A stretch of 64,000 bases of DNA from Candidatus Saccharimonadota bacterium (GCA_013694995.1 JACDBH010000006.1:21435-85434), one strand, 5' to 3'. Shown: positions 18,098-28,138, numbered from the stretch's first letter. A program made the numbers and translations. Notes: generated from the sequence alone by a model not told the origin.

Positions 18098-20569
18098 TTA
18101 ACGGTAAACCGATAGGCTTGCGACACCGGCATTGTTTGCAGCGTCATAAGCCTTAACGGTAATAGTATGGGTGCCCCGGGTAGCTTTTCTAGCATTCCAG
18201 GTTGTGCTGATCACCCCATTCGCTGAGGTAGCTTTTAGGCTGCCATCGATATATATTTCCATTTTAGTAACGCCTATATTATCTGTGGCGCTGGCATTGA
18301 TGGTAAGGTTTCGAGAAACCGTTATACCATTCATGGGTGAGGATATGGAGACAGCTGGCGCGCTAAGATCGCCGGTGGGGGGTGGGGGTGGAGAAGTAAT
18401 CGTCGTGGTGCTACGGTCACCTACGAATATCTCATCAAGGTAGAAGTAGCTGCCTGCAGCGCCGTTACCGGAGCTAAAATCAACGTGGGCAAATGATGCA
18501 CCAACTGGCGCGGTCACATCTGCCTTAGCCTGCTGCCAGGTAGTGCTGAGGCTGGAGATAACTACTTTATCTGTTTGAAGATCAGTACCTGCGGCGTCCC
18601 GCCAACGCACCAACATGGTGGCGCTATTGTTGCCGCTACCGTTTTTGCCCCAGAAACTGATTGTCTTATTGCCGGTAGAAGCGGCAAAGCCGGGATGGGT
18701 GCTTAAGGTAACACCCCAGCCATAAAGGGCATCTACATTGACTCTCAGGCTGTTTGCGCCAGTTTGGGCAGTGTCGGCAGACCGGGCAATCGTGGAAGAA
18801 TACCACGCTGTCCATTTACCGATTGTATTCTCGATAGTCTGCGTGTCGGTATCAAGATGGTTCCCTGAAATTGTCGAACTTGGAGGTGGCGGTAATGTCG
18901 TGCCGCCGCCAGTGCTACCGACGCTGCCGTTAAACGTACTGGAAGCGTCCTGGTTGTATGGGGCAGCTTGCCAGGCCGTAAAGTCGATAGTACGGCTGGT
19001 ATCGTGCACCAGGAACTTCCATGGCCCTTCATAGGAATTGTTGCTGAATACGTTTCCTTGAGAAAATGTTATGGCATCACTGATCTTGAAGGCTTTATAT
19101 GGCGACCATGAAGGATAGGTACCGTAGTTGGAAATGACTGACTGGCGCGAGCAGAAATCATTCGTGCAACCTATGTTCGCTGGGTTAATCTTAAAAATAT
19201 TGTTAAAGACTTTCACGTTCTGCGTTTTCCAACGACAATTCGAGTAGTAAGGCTCTGCGTTGATCTTACCCCCTGTAGCCGGGTCACCACAATCAGTTAT
19301 ATTGGTGATAAGCTTGGTAGTATACCCACCAGAGGTGTTGGCGCTACCGTCATTGCCAAAACGGTCAGCATTTTCCCAAAGGGATATGGTTCCCCAGTTG
19401 TCTTCAAAGTAATTGCCACTTATTTCAAGGTTAGACGTGCCGGTAAGAGTCGAGCCCACCCGGCTGTCCCCACCGGATTCGGAAATGTAAACAGCAGCCG
19501 TAGGGAAGTTATCGCCGCGTGCCGCAAACTGCTTACCCTTGACAATGTTATTCCGTTTGATGGTATTGTTGCGGATGACGGCATTGTAACTAACTTCGTA
19601 AAATATAGCCTCGGCATCATTATCATTGATATAGTTGCCTTCAAATAAGAAGTCGATATCGTTCGTATCTGCCCACAATCCGACACTTTTATTGTGGTGC
19701 ACCCAGTTATTAGTGACCCGCGCGCCTTTGACGTCCCAGAATTTGCCACCACCGGTACAACCGCAGCCACTGATTTTGGATTCCCAATCGAAGGTGTTAT
19801 TACCGGTAATTTCATTATTGTCTAGTGTAATGTTCGTAATAGCTGACTCACCTGCACCAGCAGCGAGCATAGGCTTATACATACTGAAGCCGTACTGGCC
19901 GTTATCTTTGAGGCAGTTACTGCGGACGACATTGTCACTACCCACAAATACTCCTGCTCCAGCACTATTTTGGATAGTATTATTTTCGATTATCCAGCCA
20001 GTTCCACTGTCGTGATTGACCACACTTTCATTGTTATTACCACCGTCAGGACCAAAATTCTGGATAGTCAGATACTTGATCGTTACATTCGGGGCCTTCT
20101 GGGTAAAAGCGTAACGGTTTATCTTTTGCCCATCCAAAATGGCCCCTGGCGCACCGATAAAAGTCGTGCTGCTGGCGGGGATAATTTGCCCATATTCTGA
20201 TGTGCCGAGTGTGTGGATACCACTTTCTAACCAGAAGGTAGCTCCAGGCTGGTTCCAATTAAACATACTGTTATCTCCGGCTGGCACACTGATAGCGCCA
20301 CTTGGTGCGGTGCTTGGGCCAGTCAAAACGCTTGAGTTACCACAAATTACTGCAAGAGGTACCGTTGGGTAGGTAGTCAATGCAAAGCTCCGGTACGTAA
20401 AATAGCTACCTATTACCGCGAATAGAAGTATTAAAGGAATCGTGCGTTTATTGAATAGTTTGGGGCGTGTCAGCAGGCTCCCCCTACTTACCTTTTTAAC
20501 AGGAATTTTACGGCGATTGCTGGTAGCCATCTTAGGTCCTTTATGTATTGGGCGCTTTTTTGAAATCAT
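18098..20569 (-). CDS. membrane-anchored right-handed beta-helix protein with CBM-like and Ig-like domains
   Basis: TM, PbH1 repeats, Pro/Thr linkers, C-terminal ASATDNIGVTKMEIYIDG Ig-like domain. Confidence 0.85.
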   Translation of the reverse strand: MISKKRPIHKGPKMATSNRRKIPVKKVSRGSLLTRPKLFNKRTIPLILLFAVIGSYFTYRSFALTTYPTVPLAVICGNSSVLTGPSTAPSGAISVPAGDNSMFNWNQPGATFWLESGIHTLGTSEYGQIIPASSTTFIGAPGAILDGQKINRYAFTQKAPNVTIKYLTIQNFGPDGGNNNESVVNHDSGTGWIIENNTIQNSAGAGVFVGSDNVVRSNCLKDNGQYGFSMYKPMLAAGAGESAITNITLDNNEITGNNTFDWESKISGCGCTGGGKFWDVKGARVTNNWVHHNKSVGLWADTNDIDFLFEGNYINDNDAEAIFYEVSYNAVIRNNTIKRNNIVKGKQFAARGDNFPTAAVYISESGGDSRVGSTLTGTSNLEISGNYFEDNWGTISLWENADRFGNDGSANTSGGYTTKLITNITDCGDPATGGKINAEPYYSNCRWKTQNVKVFNNIFKINPANIGCTNDFCSRQSVISNYGTYPSWSPYKAFKISDAITFSQGNVFSNNSYEGPWKFLVHDTSRTIDFTAWQAAPYNQDASSTFNGSVGSTGGGTTLPPPPSSTISGNHLDTDTQTIENTIGKWTAWYSSTIARSADTAQTGANSLRVNVDALYGWGVTLSTHPGFAASTGNKTISFWGKNGSGNNSATMLVRWRDAAGTDLQTDKVVISSLSTTWQQAKADVTAPVGASFAHVDFSSGNGAAGSYFYLDEIFVGDRSTTTITSPPPPPTGDLSAPAVSISSPMNGITVSRNLTINASATDNIGVTKMEIYIDGSLKATSANGVISTTWNARKATRGTHTITVKAYDAANNAGVASLSVYR

Positions 20570-20840
20570 ACAAATGTTTTAATTTATCTTGACGTTATAA
20601 TACGATTATGGTTAATCTTTGTCAATTTTCATCGTTCACTTTGGTGCGTGCGCTCAATAACGGCTGTGCATTTCAACTTTTATTGCTTAGGTAGCGTGGC
20701 CAGGGACGGCAACAAGTTACCCATATTGCATGGTGCTCGCCCGCCAGCTGGCGGACTGTGCGCTATGTTTCATTAACGCACTTGGGACTATTGTTCCGCT
20801 GGTTGTTGGACCAAGCACCCGAATCATGTCTTAGCATGTG

Positions 20841-20884
20841 ACCAAAATAAAACCCCCACCTTTCGGTGAGGGACTTATTTTGGT
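20841..20884 (-). terminator. hairpin/terminator overlapping the tRNA-fMet 3' end
   Basis: ACCAAAATAA...TTATTTTGGT arms enclosing a GC-rich hairpin. Confidence 0.6.
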
Positions 20885-20955
20885 AGCGGGGCTAGGACTC
20901 GAACCTAGGACCTCTTGGTTATGAGCCAAGCGAGCTGCCGCTGCTCCACCCCGCG
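20881..20955 (-). tRNA. tRNA-fMet(CAT), initiator
   Basis: CGCGGGG start, unpaired C1/U72, CAT anticodon, encoded CCA. Confidence 0.92.
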
Positions 20956-21000
20956 TCATCGTCGCGAACGACGGTCGGCTTTTGCAAAAGAGCAATTTGT

Positions 21001-21029
21001 ATCTTATCCTAATCTGTTAAGTATGTCAA
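21001..21029 (-). promoter_or_regulatory. tRNA-fMet promoter
   Basis: TTGACA-17 nt-TAAGAT. Confidence 0.7.
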
Positions 21030-21105
21030 CGAGGCTCTGCCATAGCTAGTATTCATGGATGCTTTGATTTATGCTTAGTTTAGCTAAATAAAGCGAGGTG
21101 TAATT

Positions 21106-21867
21106 ATGAATCCGGATTCTCTTTCATTCATTCAACGCAGAAAAGTAATGCTTGGCGTTGTCGGCCTAATTATTCTACTGTGGCTCGTGTTTGCAACCAC
21201 CGTAACAATCGGTACCGGAAAGATAGCCGTAATGACACGCTTTGGCAAAGTTACGGGCCAAGAGCTTGGTGAAGGCTTTCATTTTAAAAGTCCGCTTGAT
21301 ACTGCTAACGAATACGACATCAAGGTTTTGAAAGAAGAGACCAAGGCCGCTGCCGCATCAAAGGATTTGCAAGACGTTGCCTCGACGCTTGTTATCAATT
21401 ACCGCCTTGAAGCTGGCAAAATCAGTGAGATCCACCGCACCGTCGGCGTGCTTTATAAGGAAAAGTTGATTGACCCTGCTGTGCAGGAAGTATTTAAGGG
21501 TGCGACCGCCAAATTTGACGCAACACAACTCATTACCGACCGCCCATCTGTTAAAGCCGACGCCTTCAATGAGCTTGTCAACCGTCTTGAGCGCTATGGC
21601 ATAATCGTCCAAGATCTTTCCATCACCGACTTTAGCTTTAGCCCGGAATTCACTAATGCTATCGAGGCCAAGCAGGTAGCCGCCCAAGAGGCCGAGCGCG
21701 CCAAGTTCAATTTGGACAAAGCTAATCTCGACGCTCAGTCCCAGAACGCCCAGAAAACCAGCCTCAGCCCAGAACTGCTGCAAAAATACGCCATAGACAA
21801 ATGGGACGGCAAAATGCCGCAGTACGTCGGCGGTGGCAGCGTTTTTAATATCCCCTTAGGCCAATAA
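21106..21867 (+). CDS. SPFH/prohibitin family protein
   Basis: TM, EGFHF, SKDLQDV, FTNAIEAKQVAAQEAERA, KWDGKMP. Confidence 0.92.
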   Translation: MNPDSLSFIQRRKVMLGVVGLIILLWLVFATTVTIGTGKIAVMTRFGKVTGQELGEGFHFKSPLDTANEYDIKVLKEETKAAAASKDLQDVASTLVINYRLEAGKISEIHRTVGVLYKEKLIDPAVQEVFKGATAKFDATQLITDRPSVKADAFNELVNRLERYGIIVQDLSITDFSFSPEFTNAIEAKQVAAQEAERAKFNLDKANLDAQSQNAQKTSLSPELLQKYAIDKWDGKMPQYVGGGSVFNIPLGQ

Positions 21868-21998
21868 TAAATTCCTTGAGCTACCCTGTTATCTGTTAAT
21901 CATCTACTCATGGCTTAAAAGCATAAGAAGTGTAAGATTTTTTATATTTTTAAGTCAAACATAAGCATAAAGTAGGTGTTAGTAAATAGGGAGATAAC

Positions 21999-22082
21999 AT
22001 GAAATTGATTTTTAGAAGAAAGACAGAAGACCGCCAAGACATCAGCGACCGCGAATTCTGGCAAGAATTCATAACTATCTAA
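21999..22082 (+). CDS. putative 27-aa small protein
   Basis: MKLIFRRKTEDRQDISDREFWQEFITI*; AGGGAG SD; followed by a terminator. Confidence 0.55.
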   Translation: MKLIFRRKTEDRQDISDREFWQEFITI

Positions 22083-22095
22083 GAACCGTCGGTTT

Positions 22096-22134
22096 AAGAC
22101 CAGTAGTTAAAAATTAAGAACTGCTGGTCTTTTT
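22096..22134 (+). terminator. intrinsic terminator
   Basis: AAGACCAGTAGTT...AACTGCTGGTCTT-TTT. Confidence 0.75.
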
Positions 22135-22142
22135 GATTTCCT

Positions 22143-22264
22143 TAACCTACGTCTTTGGCGCATTTCCGGCAAAGCCTGCGACTTCGGTACTCAACGTATC
22201 TGGAGTACGCTTCCGTTCTGGTGCTCGGCTTTCGCCGGAACTACATCAAAAATGCATAAGGTTA
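22143..22264. repeat. palindromic element (RPE/REP-like miniature element)
   Basis: Long imperfect hairpin: TAACCT/AGGTTA, TTCCGGCAAAGCC/GGCTTTCGCCGGAA, apical CGTA-loop-TACG. Confidence 0.55.
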
Positions 22265-22289
22265 TTGTTTTATATTTGCAGTTACGTGT

Positions 22290-22802
22290 CTAAAGCACGG
22301 CCGGAGTATCTGGCAGGATATTAGTGCCAGCTTCAACTTCTATATCTTGCAATTCCAACTCCGGGGTGCAACCCTTGGCGGTAATAGCTTGTTCGTATAT
22401 TCGGTAGGCGGCACCAATTAAGTGGTTATAGGCCTCGACTTCGCCATTGTTTTTAGGGGTGCCAAATGAAGTTCTAGCTTTTTCTAGTAGCTTCCTGGCG
22501 TTGTTCTCAATCGCCTCGCAGCTTACGTTCGCACCTAAAGAACTTCCCTCTTGTTCGGGCTGCGAACTACTAGGGCTTTCGTTAGAATCAGGAACGGCCT
22601 CCTCCTGGGCCAGCGGCCGGTGTTCCTGGCTGGTAGATATCTCATTAGCATCGTTAGCCACCGTAATTTGGCCACGGCCTCTGTTGTAAGCGTATGACAG
22701 CGAGCCTGCCGCTGCCAGCAATAATAAAATAGTAACCAATATCGTCACGATATTGGACTTAATCCAGGATAATAATGAATCTGCTTTGGTTTTTTCCCGC
22801 AT
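22290..22802 (-). CDS. membrane-anchored hypothetical protein
   Basis: N-terminal TM, two Cys. Confidence 0.65.
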   Translation of the reverse strand: MREKTKADSLLSWIKSNIVTILVTILLLLAAAGSLSYAYNRGRGQITVANDANEISTSQEHRPLAQEEAVPDSNESPSSSQPEQEGSSLGANVSCEAIENNARKLLEKARTSFGTPKNNGEVEAYNHLIGAAYRIYEQAITAKGCTPELELQDIEVEAGTNILPDTPAVL

Positions 22803-22872
22803 AGGTAAAATAGATTATGCCTATGCTCTAAAGAAAATGCAATATTAGTCTGCTCTAGTGAAACTACCCTTG

Positions 22873-23070
22873 TTAGACTTTGCGGCCACGCATAAGGGCA
22901 AGATATACACCTGCAAGTCCAACTAGTCCGAAAATAACTCGCGCAAATGTGCTGCCAAAGCCGAAAATTTCACTTACAAGATCATACTCAAAGAATGCAA
23001 TTAGACCCCAGTTGATTGCACCGACGATTACTAGAACAAAAGCTATCAGCTCTAAGTTTTTAGGTTTCAT
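22873..23070 (-). CDS. DUF378 membrane protein
   Basis: LVIVGAINWGL...DLV...IFG...LVGLAG. Confidence 0.9.
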   Translation of the reverse strand: MKPKNLELIAFVLVIVGAINWGLIAFFEYDLVSEIFGFGSTFARVIFGLVGLAGVYLALMRGRKV

Positions 23071-23169
23071 GTTAACTCCTAATTTTAAAATTACTTAAGA
23101 TGCGAACCGTTGCTGCTTTTAAGACCCTCCCTTCGGCAGGTTTATACCTACCATTATGGTATTAATTGC

Positions 23170-23215
23170 TTCAATAATCAAACCCCTTGGTGAAGCCAGG
23201 GGTTTGATTATTGAA
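23170..23215. terminator. long stem-loop / terminator
   Basis: TTCAATAATCAAACCCC...GGGGTTTGATTATTGAA. Confidence 0.75.
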
Positions 23216-23226
23216 ACGTGTAATCT

Positions 23227-23598
23227 TTAGGAGTGTATAGCGTAACGCTGAGAGTCACGGGCACCAACGTAGGCCGCAAAAGCGCCGCTTAATAGATGGG
23301 ACATGATATCCAGTCCCGTAAACCCAGAAGGCAACACGCCGACTAAAGTAGGACTGATAAGGCCAAGGATTGCAAAGCCGATATAAATCAAGCCGACACT
23401 CAGCAGTGCAGTTTTGGCCATAATCGGATCTTTGGCCATAAATCCGACATATAGCAGATAGCCGGCCAAAACCAAGCGCAGAATATCAATTGCTATATCA
23501 GAATTCACAAGCTGAAGTATCTGACCGCTTAGAAATAAGCCAACTAGCCCAGTAGCTGCAATCAAAATCCCGTAAATTCTAACTAATCTAAGTTTCAT
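23227..23598 (-). CDS. DUF4383-like 4-TM membrane protein
   Basis: Four TMs, D..SHL motif; GGAG SD. Confidence 0.65.
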   Translation of the reverse strand: MKLRLVRIYGILIAATGLVGLFLSGQILQLVNSDIAIDILRLVLAGYLLYVGFMAKDPIMAKTALLSVGLIYIGFAILGLISPTLVGVLPSGFTGLDIMSHLLSGAFAAYVGARDSQRYAIHS

Positions 23599-23726
23599 AA
23601 TATTTCTCCCTACACGACTCAATATAGCGCTTAAAGCAAAAAATCTCTGTCAAAAATGATACAGCCCGATGCAGCTTCGATTGCCTAGTAACTGCAGAGT
23701 CACTGGGCATCTGGTATCATGGCTGC

Positions 23727-24272
23727 ATGCTTAAGAGAATCTCAGGCCTTTATACTAAAAAACCAGCCTTTAGTTTCCACCCTGATTTTATTGCCGGTAC
23801 AGTAGAGGAAATTGATTTTATAAAGCTGTCTGAATACGGTATTAAAGCTTGTTTTGTCGATTTGGACGGCACGGTCGTACATAGGGGTAATTTTGAGGTA
23901 AGCCCGAAAGTTATTAGTGTCTTGCGCTCCGTCAAGCTCAAGGTCTATATAGCTACCAACCGCCCCAAAGGCCGTGACCTAAAAAACCTTAAAGAAGACT
24001 TGGCCGCCCAAGGTGTAGCCCATCCGCACGGCATATTCGCCAAACCAACCAAGCGCTATTTTGTGAATGCCCTACAAGACAAAAATTTAAATCCGCATGA
24101 AGCCGTCATGATCGGTGACCGTTTTATCCAGGATATCTTGGGTGCAAACCGCGCCGGCATGTATTCCCTGCTGGTTTACAAGCTCGATAAGCCTATCGGG
24201 CTGCCGGACAGGATATTATCGACAATTGAGCGACGGCTGACCCTGTGGATATCAAAAAAGTACTTCAAATAA
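23727..24272 (+). CDS. YqeG-like HAD phosphatase
   Basis: DLDGT, ATN, AKP, MIGDRFIQDILGANRAG. Confidence 0.9.
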   Translation: MLKRISGLYTKKPAFSFHPDFIAGTVEEIDFIKLSEYGIKACFVDLDGTVVHRGNFEVSPKVISVLRSVKLKVYIATNRPKGRDLKNLKEDLAAQGVAHPHGIFAKPTKRYFVNALQDKNLNPHEAVMIGDRFIQDILGANRAGMYSLLVYKLDKPIGLPDRILSTIERRLTLWISKKYFK

Positions 24273-26673
24273 GACGTTTGCGACTCATATACTGATAGGC
24301 AATTAGGCTGAATGGAATCGGCAGCCAAAAAGTTGCCAACCGGTAGAGTACAACTACTGACAAGGCTTCTGGCTTGGCTGTACCTAGTCCTAGCATGGCA
24401 CTAACCATGGCGATTTCAAGTGGCCCCAGCCCACCGGGCGTCGGCACCACGCTTTTAGCGATGACGGCGGAGGCATACACCAGCACCGCTTCGGCAAATC
24501 CTAGGTTTAGTCCAAAAGCTTTAAAACAAGCGTACAAACATACTACATAAGCCAGCGAAAACGCTAATGCTGATGCACAGGCCAATGCTACTTCAAAAGG
24601 CGAGTTGGTAAATTCCCGGATACTGGTTGCAAAACTAGATACCGCCGATACGACTTTTCTTTTTATTTTTTTATTCATGGCAAGTATAAAGATGGCTACT
24701 AGCAGCAATATTACAGCAATAACCGCCTGTCTGAGAGTTATATTGATAGCTATAACCGATGAAATACTCTCACCTTTGAAGAGCAGGAAAATACTGAGCG
24801 GCACAATGAACATCGCAAAACCAATAACATTGCCGGCAGCCAATATAGCAGCGGAATCCGCCCGATCGTTGCCTGCGCGGTAAAGGTAGCGAGCATTCAG
24901 ACTGGCGCTGCCGACCCCACCAGGAATGATTTTACTCATAAACGAAGCCGCCAACTGGGCAATAGTAGTTTGGATTACCTGCAAAGGCACGCTGGAGAGA
25001 ATTACGAAGACAATGGCCGCAAGAATGTAGGTCACTGCTGAGGAAATTAAAATCGGCACCAGCCAAGCGGCGTTTAATGAGGATAATGAACCTAAGGCTC
25101 CACGGAACAAATTGAACTGCGGGATTATAACGTACAATAGTACGCCGACAAGTACGACGTTAAAGACTTTACGCCTGTTAATACGGATAATATCCGCATC
25201 ATCAAGGTCTTCTTCTATGGCCAGGCGGTCTTTTATTTCCGTCTTCAAATCCTCCAGGAGCGATTTGTGGGATTTAAGGCTTTTCGCGGTTGCACCGCTA
25301 AAGACTTCTCGTTTTAGGTAAGGCAGCACCCGGGTCATCCGTTCCGGGTCAACCACTTCCATAGCAGCGTCCACTGTTCGCTCGACACCGACCACTAATG
25401 ACATCGACATTAATAGCTCAGCAATGTCCATATGTTGACGTTGTTTTCGCGGCGATACTTCGGCAAAGCCGAAATCAATTATCCAGGCTTGTCCCTGTTT
25501 GTCTATCATAAGATTAGCCGCACGCAGATCGCGGTGGGCCATATTGGACTCATGCATGAGGTTGACCTGGCTCCAGGCGTCGACCAGGCTTTTTTGCAGT
25601 AGTTTGCCGTGACTGGATAGCGAAGTAGCCTCAATTTTTTCCTGAATCAGCATCCATGACGAACGGACCTTAACTAAATCAACAATAACAGGAACTCTGA
25701 CACCGGCATTGCGCGCCCACAAAGTCGCGAGCGATTCCATTTCTATGTTGCGCCGGCTGCTGATAAACGGTTCTTCGGCCTGCAAGTTTTTAAAACGGAA
25801 AAACCTATAGGTCTTAAATAGCCAGTCGGCAGCATGCTCCTGGACGCCAAAAATCTTAGCAAAATATTTCTGGCCCTCAAGACCGGTCAAAAAATACGGC
25901 CGTGATCCCCTGGCATCGACATCAGCCAGTTGGATGTGCCTCATTTTATAGCCCTTTTTCCGGAGCGCTGTCTTAATCTGCCTAATAGTCAGAGACTGGA
26001 CAGATACGCCAAACAACAGACAGACTGTTGCGCCGAGTAATGCACCAAGCGCCCAGCCGCCAATAACGTCCAGTGGAAAATGCGCGCCCAAATACATACG
26101 GCTGAAACCGACGGCAAAAACTGCCAGCAGCAAATATTTGCGGTATGCCCGGTCTAATTGGAAGTACAGCACAGTTACGCAAGCTGCCACGAAAGTCGAA
26201 TGCCCTGACGGGAAGCCGTAACCGCCGAACTTTTCATCGCCGAACAGGCGTAAGCTATCCAGCAGCTCTTCCGGCCGGCCGCGTGCCACCAGCGTCTTCA
26301 TAAGTCGGGCTATGTTCCAGGCAAATATACCTGTGCCGGCAACGGTTAAAGCTGCCCGGCGGTTGATGAAAAACCAGGCAATGCCAACCCATAAGAATAA
26401 TGCCCCGACACCACCTAGCTGGGTGATAGCATACATCGTACTATCCAAGAATGTCGGCAAGTTATTAACAGCATCGAATAGCGGCCGCTCGAGGCTGTCA
26501 AATAATCCAGCGTCTAGAGCTTGGAGCGTACTGATAATTAATACGGCCAAAGCAAAAATAAATACGAATACATAGCGCGTGTCGCGTGTCTGGTTAGCAA
26601 AATACTTCTTGAGCCTTCCTAATTTTTTAGAAGTGCTCCTAAAAAGCTTCTTCAGTGCACTAGTAACTGTCAT
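24265..26673 (-). CDS. PAP2 phosphatase + kinase-like + lysylphosphatidylglycerol-synthase TM (flippase) fusion
   Basis: ARGRP/PSGH/SRMYLGAHF; HRDLRAANL and IIDFG; PTPGGLG...YRLATFWLP. Confidence 0.85.
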   Translation of the reverse strand: MTVTSALKKLFRSTSKKLGRLKKYFANQTRDTRYVFVFIFALAVLIISTLQALDAGLFDSLERPLFDAVNNLPTFLDSTMYAITQLGGVGALFLWVGIAWFFINRRAALTVAGTGIFAWNIARLMKTLVARGRPEELLDSLRLFGDEKFGGYGFPSGHSTFVAACVTVLYFQLDRAYRKYLLLAVFAVGFSRMYLGAHFPLDVIGGWALGALLGATVCLLFGVSVQSLTIRQIKTALRKKGYKMRHIQLADVDARGSRPYFLTGLEGQKYFAKIFGVQEHAADWLFKTYRFFRFKNLQAEEPFISSRRNIEMESLATLWARNAGVRVPVIVDLVKVRSSWMLIQEKIEATSLSSHGKLLQKSLVDAWSQVNLMHESNMAHRDLRAANLMIDKQGQAWIIDFGFAEVSPRKQRQHMDIAELLMSMSLVVGVERTVDAAMEVVDPERMTRVLPYLKREVFSGATAKSLKSHKSLLEDLKTEIKDRLAIEEDLDDADIIRINRRKVFNVVLVGVLLYVIIPQFNLFRGALGSLSSLNAAWLVPILISSAVTYILAAIVFVILSSVPLQVIQTTIAQLAASFMSKIIPGGVGSASLNARYLYRAGNDRADSAAILAAGNVIGFAMFIVPLSIFLLFKGESISSVIAINITLRQAVIAVILLLVAIFILAMNKKIKRKVVSAVSSFATSIREFTNSPFEVALACASALAFSLAYVVCLYACFKAFGLNLGFAEAVLVYASAVIAKSVVPTPGGLGPLEIAMVSAMLGLGTAKPEALSVVVLYRLATFWLPIPFSLIAYQYMSRKRLI

Positions 26674-26705
26674 TAACTATATTATACCATTATTATTTAA
26701 TTTTG

Positions 26706-27449
26706 CTAATTTATCAGACGCCGCTCTAAGTTAGCAACCGGATCATACCACCCCTGTTCCAGTACATAAGCTTGCAGCTTTTTATCTAGGCCAAAGATAA
26801 CCATGAGCCCAACGACAATAAATAATACGCCAATTACCCGCTTAAACCAGCTTTTTGGGTTGCTAAGACGACGAAGATGGGATGTAAAGGCCTGGCCAAT
26901 ATATGCAATCGATAGCAGCGTCGCGCTCATGCCGACAGCGTACGCCACCAGATAAATAAATCCTTGGATAAATGAGGCCGGCAGAACTGTGGCAACAATA
27001 AAGGCATAGGTTGGGCTACAGCTAGAGAATACCGGCCCCAGTGCCGCCCCAATCAGGACAGCTCCTGCCAAGCCTTTTTGTTTGTAGGCCCTACTTAATA
27101 CTCTATTGGAGCCGGTAAATAAGCCAGATCGGGCCGACAACACTTCCCAGCCGTGAGGCCAAACAAAATAAATGCCAAGCCCCAACACTATAAACCCCGA
27201 TATAATCTGCCAGACAATTTGCGGCACGCCAATTAGCGCCGTCGTGGCTTTTATTAACAGCGTAAAAACTATCACTGACGCTGCTAAAGATAGGGCGATG
27301 ACAAAAGGCCGTAGCCACTGTCGTTCGGGCTTGTCCGAATCATCTCGCAGTAGCGAGCCGCCAATGATAACTGGCAGCAGAGGCAATATACACGGAGCCG
27401 CCACGGTCAAAGCACCAGCCACAAACGCTAGGATTAGTAGCGCCGTCAT
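26706..27449 (-). CDS. ccdA: CcdA/DsbD-type membrane disulfide reductase
   Basis: APCILPLLP and SSCSP. Confidence 0.88.
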   Translation of the reverse strand: MTALLILAFVAGALTVAAPCILPLLPVIIGGSLLRDDSDKPERQWLRPFVIALSLAASVIVFTLLIKATTALIGVPQIVWQIISGFIVLGLGIYFVWPHGWEVLSARSGLFTGSNRVLSRAYKQKGLAGAVLIGAALGPVFSSCSPTYAFIVATVLPASFIQGFIYLVAYAVGMSATLLSIAYIGQAFTSHLRRLSNPKSWFKRVIGVLFIVVGLMVIFGLDKKLQAYVLEQGWYDPVANLERRLIN

Positions 27450-27934
27450 CGGCTAAAGATACCGGCTTCAACCGCCTTCAGTGTCGGGTCGTTATAGGCA
27501 ACATGTTTACTTACCTCCTCGCCCTCATCGTTTACATGCACAATCGTCGTCTGGATAGTCACGCCATATTTTTTTCGAAGCGCTTGGTTGCTGTCGTAGT
27601 CGACTTTAATTATCGTCATTCCGTCGGGCACGCCTTTGGCTTCAATATCGTCTTCCAGGTCCCGGCACTGCGGGCACCATGGTGCGTGGAAAAATAATAG
27701 CTTGGTGCCTTGGGTCTCGGCAACAATACCCTCCCGGTAATCAACATACTGGCCCTTGCGGGTTGAACTGTCACTAGGCGCTACCGTCGACGACCCATCG
27801 GATGAAGTGTTTAGCGTAAAGCTTTCTTGCATGCCATTACGGGCCGTTTCGCCGCCGCTGCCAATTAAATAAGCTATTCCGCCCATAACGGCAACCAATA
27901 TAACTGCAATGATTATTAATGTTTTTTTACCCAT
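27446..27934 (-). CDS. membrane-anchored thioredoxin family protein
   Basis: FHAPWCPQC. Confidence 0.9.
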   Translation of the reverse strand: MGKKTLIIIAVILVAVMGGIAYLIGSGGETARNGMQESFTLNTSSDGSSTVAPSDSSTRKGQYVDYREGIVAETQGTKLLFFHAPWCPQCRDLEDDIEAKGVPDGMTIIKVDYDSNQALRKKYGVTIQTTIVHVNDEGEEVSKHVAYNDPTLKAVEAGIFSR

Positions 27935-28138
27935 TCTTGCTTAATTATAATTCTAATTATGCAAAAACCATATACCATCCACATATTAAAACGGTGTTCT
28001 TAAGATAGCAAAAAATGGCCATTTAGAGTATAATAAGGAGTAACCGAGGCACTTCGACATTTATTATCTCTTGATACATCAAAAAATTGTTGTCGTGCTA
28101 GCAGTTGCAGTTAACATTTTATAGAAAGGGCAAAAATC

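Noticed and set aside
20690..20830. Riboswitch upstream of the beta-helix gene
   Set aside because: No known aptamer consensus; only a short CCGCCAGCTGGCGG palindrome.
20956..20975. GCGACGA upstream of tRNA-fMet as a third copy of the tRNA-leader element
   Set aside because: Only 7 nt match, offset by 3 nt, and explained by a local CGTCG-TTCG-CGACG hairpin.
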